This document shows, one piece after another, positions 61,238-64,000 of a stretch of 64,000 nt of DNA. Under the pieces are notes generated by a model that searched no databases, was not told the origin of the DNA, and was given only the letters and a program-made list of their open reading frames with translations. Location: the NCBI RefSeq assembly GCF_050176255.1, contig NZ_JBFXIE010000008.1. One strand, 5' to 3'. The stretch comes from Diaphorobacter sp. GTDB lineage: Bacteria > Pseudomonadota > Gammaproteobacteria > Burkholderiales > Burkholderiaceae_C. The position numbers and the translations under genes were made by a program. The first letter of the stretch is position 1, and every line of letters starts with the position of its first letter.

Positions 61238-62977
61238 TTACCAGCGCGTCGCCAGCCCGGCCGCGTGCCCGCGGGTGAAGGCTTCTTCAAACACCGAGTA
61301 GCCCGACCAGTCCGCATGCGCAAACAGCAGGCGCTGCGTGCCGGGCGTGGGCGGCACGGGCACGCGCTCTCCATTTGATAGCTGATAGCGCTTGCCAGAC
61401 AAGCGCGACAGGCCAATTTGACTCAAAAAAGCCTGCGTGCCCGGCACCGGGATGGACATGGCGTGGCCGTAGCGTGTGATTTCCATGCGCGTGGCGCGCC
61501 CGGGCAGGTCGGGGTGGGGCACGGCCAGCGCCGCCACGATGGCGCTGCGCCAGTGCGTCCAGGGTTGCCCGGCCAGTTGCTGGCGCGCGCCCTCCACGTC
61601 GCCCAGCGCCTGGTAGTAGGTGATGACCGTGGGGCTGGCGGCGGCGCTGCGCGCGTCCAGGCGCTGATGGCCGGCATGCACATAGCCCAGGCCGCCGGGC
61701 ACGGGGTCGGCATACAGCACGTTGTCCCACGCCGGGGCGGCGCCCTCGCGGTCGGCCAGCGGGGCGCTCAGGTGGATGTTGGCCACCAGCCAGGGCGCCC
61801 ACTGCAGGCGGCGCGCAGCCTGCGCCAGAAAGTCGGGCGCGGGCTGCACCACGCGCGCGGCCACGTACACCGGCAGCGCCACGATGCAGCGGCGCGCCTG
61901 CCAGCGCTCGATGCTGTCGCTGGCGTGCAGGTACACGTCCACTTCCACGCCGCGGCGCGTCTCGGCAATGCGCAGCACGCTGGCGCCGGTGCGCAGCTGG
62001 CCGCCTTGCACCAGGGGCTCGGCCAGGCGCCGGGTCAGCCAGCCGTTGCCCTCGGGCCAGGTGAGCACGCCCTCGCGCTCATCGCCAGCGTCGGCCTCCA
62101 GGCCCGGCGCATGGAAGCCGTGGCGGCTGGCAAAGTAGTGGATGCCCGCCCAGGCCGACACGCGCGCCGTGCCCGCGCCATAGTCGTCGCGGCAGCAGTA
62201 GTCCAGGTACCAGCGCAGGTGGGCGTCGTCCAGGCCTTGCTGCGCCAGCCATGCGTCAAAAGTGATAGCGTCCAGCGCTTGTTGCGCGGGCGCCAAAGGC
62301 CTGCCGGGCGTCCAGCTTTTGACTACCGGCATGGTAAAGCGCGCCGCGCGCGACAGCGCGGCCACCTGCTCGGCAAAGCGCCGGTACTGCGCCAGCGTGG
62401 ATGCATCCACGCCCGCCACGGGCAGCAGGCCGTCTTGCCACTGGCCCTGCCAGAACAGGCGCTCTTGCGGGCTGTGGGCCAGGTGGCGCCCGCCGTCGCC
62501 GCCGTAGCGCCAGCGCCCGGCCTCGCGCTGGCGCAGGCCCAGCTCTTCGAGCAGGTCCTGCACCTCGCGCGCGTGCTCGCCGGGCACGGGCAGGTAGTGC
62601 GCGCCCAGCGGGCAGGCCAGGCCGTTCACGCTGCCCGCGCGGCTGTTGCCGCCGGGCTGGTCTTCCATCTCCAGGCACTGAAAATCATCCACGCCCGACA
62701 GGCGCAGCGCGCGCGCGGCCGCCAGCCCCGCCACGCCGCCGCCGGCAATCACCACCTGGGTGCGGCGCACGATGTCGGGCGTGTAGGGCGCGCCCTCGGC
62801 CAGCCGGTCGCGCAGCGCATGGCCGCGCGCCATGTCGATGCCGGTGTAGCCGCCCAGCACGTCGGCGGGCGCGGGCTTGTCGCAGCCGGGCAGGGCCACG
62901 CCCGCGGCCAGGGCGGCGCCGGCCTGCAGCATCTGGCGGCGGCGCGGAGAGGTGGGAGGGCGGATGGGCTGGAACAT
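61238..62977 (-). CDS. Tat-signal FAD-dependent oxidoreductase (amine-oxidase-like)
   Basis: Twin-arginine SPRRRQMLQAG and dinucleotide fold VIAGGGVAGLAAA. Start MFQPIRP at 62977. Confidence 0.75.
   Translation of the reverse strand: MFQPIRPPTSPRRRQMLQAGAALAAGVALPGCDKPAPADVLGGYTGIDMARGHALRDRLAEGAPYTPDIVRRTQVVIAGGGVAGLAAARALRLSGVDDFQCLEMEDQPGGNSRAGSVNGLACPLGAHYLPVPGEHAREVQDLLEELGLRQREAGRWRYGGDGGRHLAHSPQERLFWQGQWQDGLLPVAGVDASTLAQYRRFAEQVAALSRAARFTMPVVKSWTPGRPLAPAQQALDAITFDAWLAQQGLDDAHLRWYLDYCCRDDYGAGTARVSAWAGIHYFASRHGFHAPGLEADAGDEREGVLTWPEGNGWLTRRLAEPLVQGGQLRTGASVLRIAETRRGVEVDVYLHASDSIERWQARRCIVALPVYVAARVVQPAPDFLAQAARRLQWAPWLVANIHLSAPLADREGAAPAWDNVLYADPVPGGLGYVHAGHQRLDARSAAASPTVITYYQALGDVEGARQQLAGQPWTHWRSAIVAALAVPHPDLPGRATRMEITRYGHAMSIPVPGTQAFLSQIGLSRLSGKRYQLSNGERVPVPPTPGTQRLLFAHADWSGYSVFEEAFTRGHAAGLATRW
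61371..61432 (+). repeat. AT-rich dispersed hairpin repeat, copy G (inside the oxidoreductase CDS, antisense)
   Basis: ATTTGATAGCTGATAGCGCTTGCCAGACAAGCGCGACAGGCCAATTTGACTCAAAAAA, with a perfect AGCGCTTG/CAAGCGC stem. Encodes ...LSGKRYQLSNGE... in frame. Confidence 0.65.
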
Positions 62978-63050
62978 GGGCCACCCACTGTACGGCATCA
63001 GCCCCGGCCGGGCCGGCCAGACACCCCCTGCGGCGCGTGGGTTCAGCCGA

Positions 63051-64000
63051 TCACGGGCCGACCCGGCCCCACTCCTGCTCGTAGGTGTGCACCAGCACCT
63101 GGTTGGACAGGCGGTTGACCTCGGCGCCTACGCGCGCCATGTCCAGCGGAAAGTCGAACAGCAGCGGCAGGGACGCCGCATCCAGAAAGCGCAGCCCTGC
63201 GGGTAGTTCGGCCGGCGGGCGCCAGGGCCGGCGGCTGGCGATGACGAAGCCCCATTCGCCAAAGCTGGGCACGTGCGCGTGGTAGGGCCGCGCCTGCAGG
63301 CCCACCGATTCGATGGTGTGCACCACCGTCCAGAAGCTGCTGCGCGCCACCAGGGGCGATGTGGTCTGCACCACCGCATAGCCGCTGGCCGCCAGGCGCT
63401 GGTCCAGCAGGGCGTAAAAGCTGTTGGTGTAGAGCTTGCCGATGGCAAAGTTGGTGGGGTCGGGGAAGTCCACCACGATCACGTCGAACATGTCCGTGCC
63501 TTGCTGCAGCCAGCCGAAGGCATCCTGGTTGACGACCGCCACCTTGGGGTTTTGCAGCGCCGCGCCGTTGAGCCGGGCCAGCGTGGGGTTGTCCCGGAAG
63601 ATGCGCGTCATCTCCGGGTCCAGCTCCACCAGCGTGACCGACTCCACCGACGGGTACTTGAGCATCTCGCGCACGGCCATGCCGTCGCCGCCGCCCAGCA
63701 CCGCCACGCGCTTGGGGGCGCCATGCGCGGCCATCACCGGGTGCACCAGGGCCTCATGGTAGCGGTACTCGTCCTGCTGCGCGAACTGCAGGTTGCCGTT
63801 CAGGTACAGGCGGTGCCCGGCGCGCCCGCGCGTCACCACGATGCGCTGGTAGGGCGATGCGCTGCTGAACACGATGCGGTCCTGGTAGAACTTGTCTTCG
63901 GCAAAGCGGGTGATGTGCTCCGCCCCCAAAAGCCCCGCCAGCAGCGCCGCCAGCACCGCCGCGCAGGCCAGCGCGTGCGCGCCAAAGCGCCGCAGCTCAT
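63051..64000 (-). CDS. Spermidine synthase-like (polyamine aminopropyltransferase family) protein; 5' end beyond the window
   Basis: VLGGGDGMAVRE, LVELDP, DFPDP motifs. The frame stays open upstream of the listed GVG-start at 63956 out to nt 64000. Confidence 0.75.
   Translation of the reverse strand, partial: ELRRFGAHALACAAVLAALLAGLLGAEHITRFAEDKFYQDRIVFSSASPYQRIVVTRGRAGHRLYLNGNLQFAQQDEYRYHEALVHPVMAAHGAPKRVAVLGGGDGMAVREMLKYPSVESVTLVELDPEMTRIFRDNPTLARLNGAALQNPKVAVVNQDAFGWLQQGTDMFDVIVVDFPDPTNFAIGKLYTNSFYALLDQRLAASGYAVVQTTSPLVARSSFWTVVHTIESVGLQARPYHAHVPSFGEWGFVIASRRPWRPPAELPAGLRFLDAASLPLLFDFPLDMARVGAEVNRLSNQVLVHTYEQEWGRVGP

Overview
GC-rich (GC3-dominated) betaproteobacterial chromosome segment, probably Comamonadaceae by gene content and order (inference). 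It spans the replication-origin neighbourhood: mnmE-yidC-yidD-rnpA-rpmH on the minus strand, then dnaA-dnaN-gyrB on the plus strand. The left flank carries metX (partial), a UPF0016 Mn-exporter-like gene behind a yybP-ykoY riboswitch, two tandem RRM/glycine-rich RNA-binding protein genes, kdsD-kdsC-lptC, a CPA2 antiporter and apt. A four-gene type I Wadjet (jetABCD) anti-plasmid operon starts 13 nt after the gyrB stop. Next come amgK-like/lptD-surA-rsmA, a secreted RNase Sa-type nuclease with its barstar inhibitor, maeB, a NUDIX gene, a DUF2946/OprC-like copper-uptake pair and ribE. A complete type I-C CRISPR-Cas locus follows (cas3-cas5-cas8c[+internal cas11c]-cas7-X-cas4-cas1-cas2, leader, about 51 spacers), all on the minus strand. 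The right flank holds a PepSY/OmpR/histidine-kinase operon, a PepSY/DUF2271/flavodoxin-reductase/ApbE cluster, a Tat-signal FAD oxidoreductase and a partial spermidine-synthase-like gene. The most unusual observations are: (1) gene X, a Bro-N/DinD-like ORF wedged between cas7 and cas4; (2) an abrupt change at the repeat/spacer junction halfway through the array; (3) a dispersed AT-rich hairpin repeat family (at least 9 copies), some copies lying in frame inside conserved genes; (4) Wadjet apparently fused transcriptionally to the dnaA-dnaN-gyrB cluster. Coordinates for elements absent from the ORF track were read by eye and may be off by 1-2 nt.
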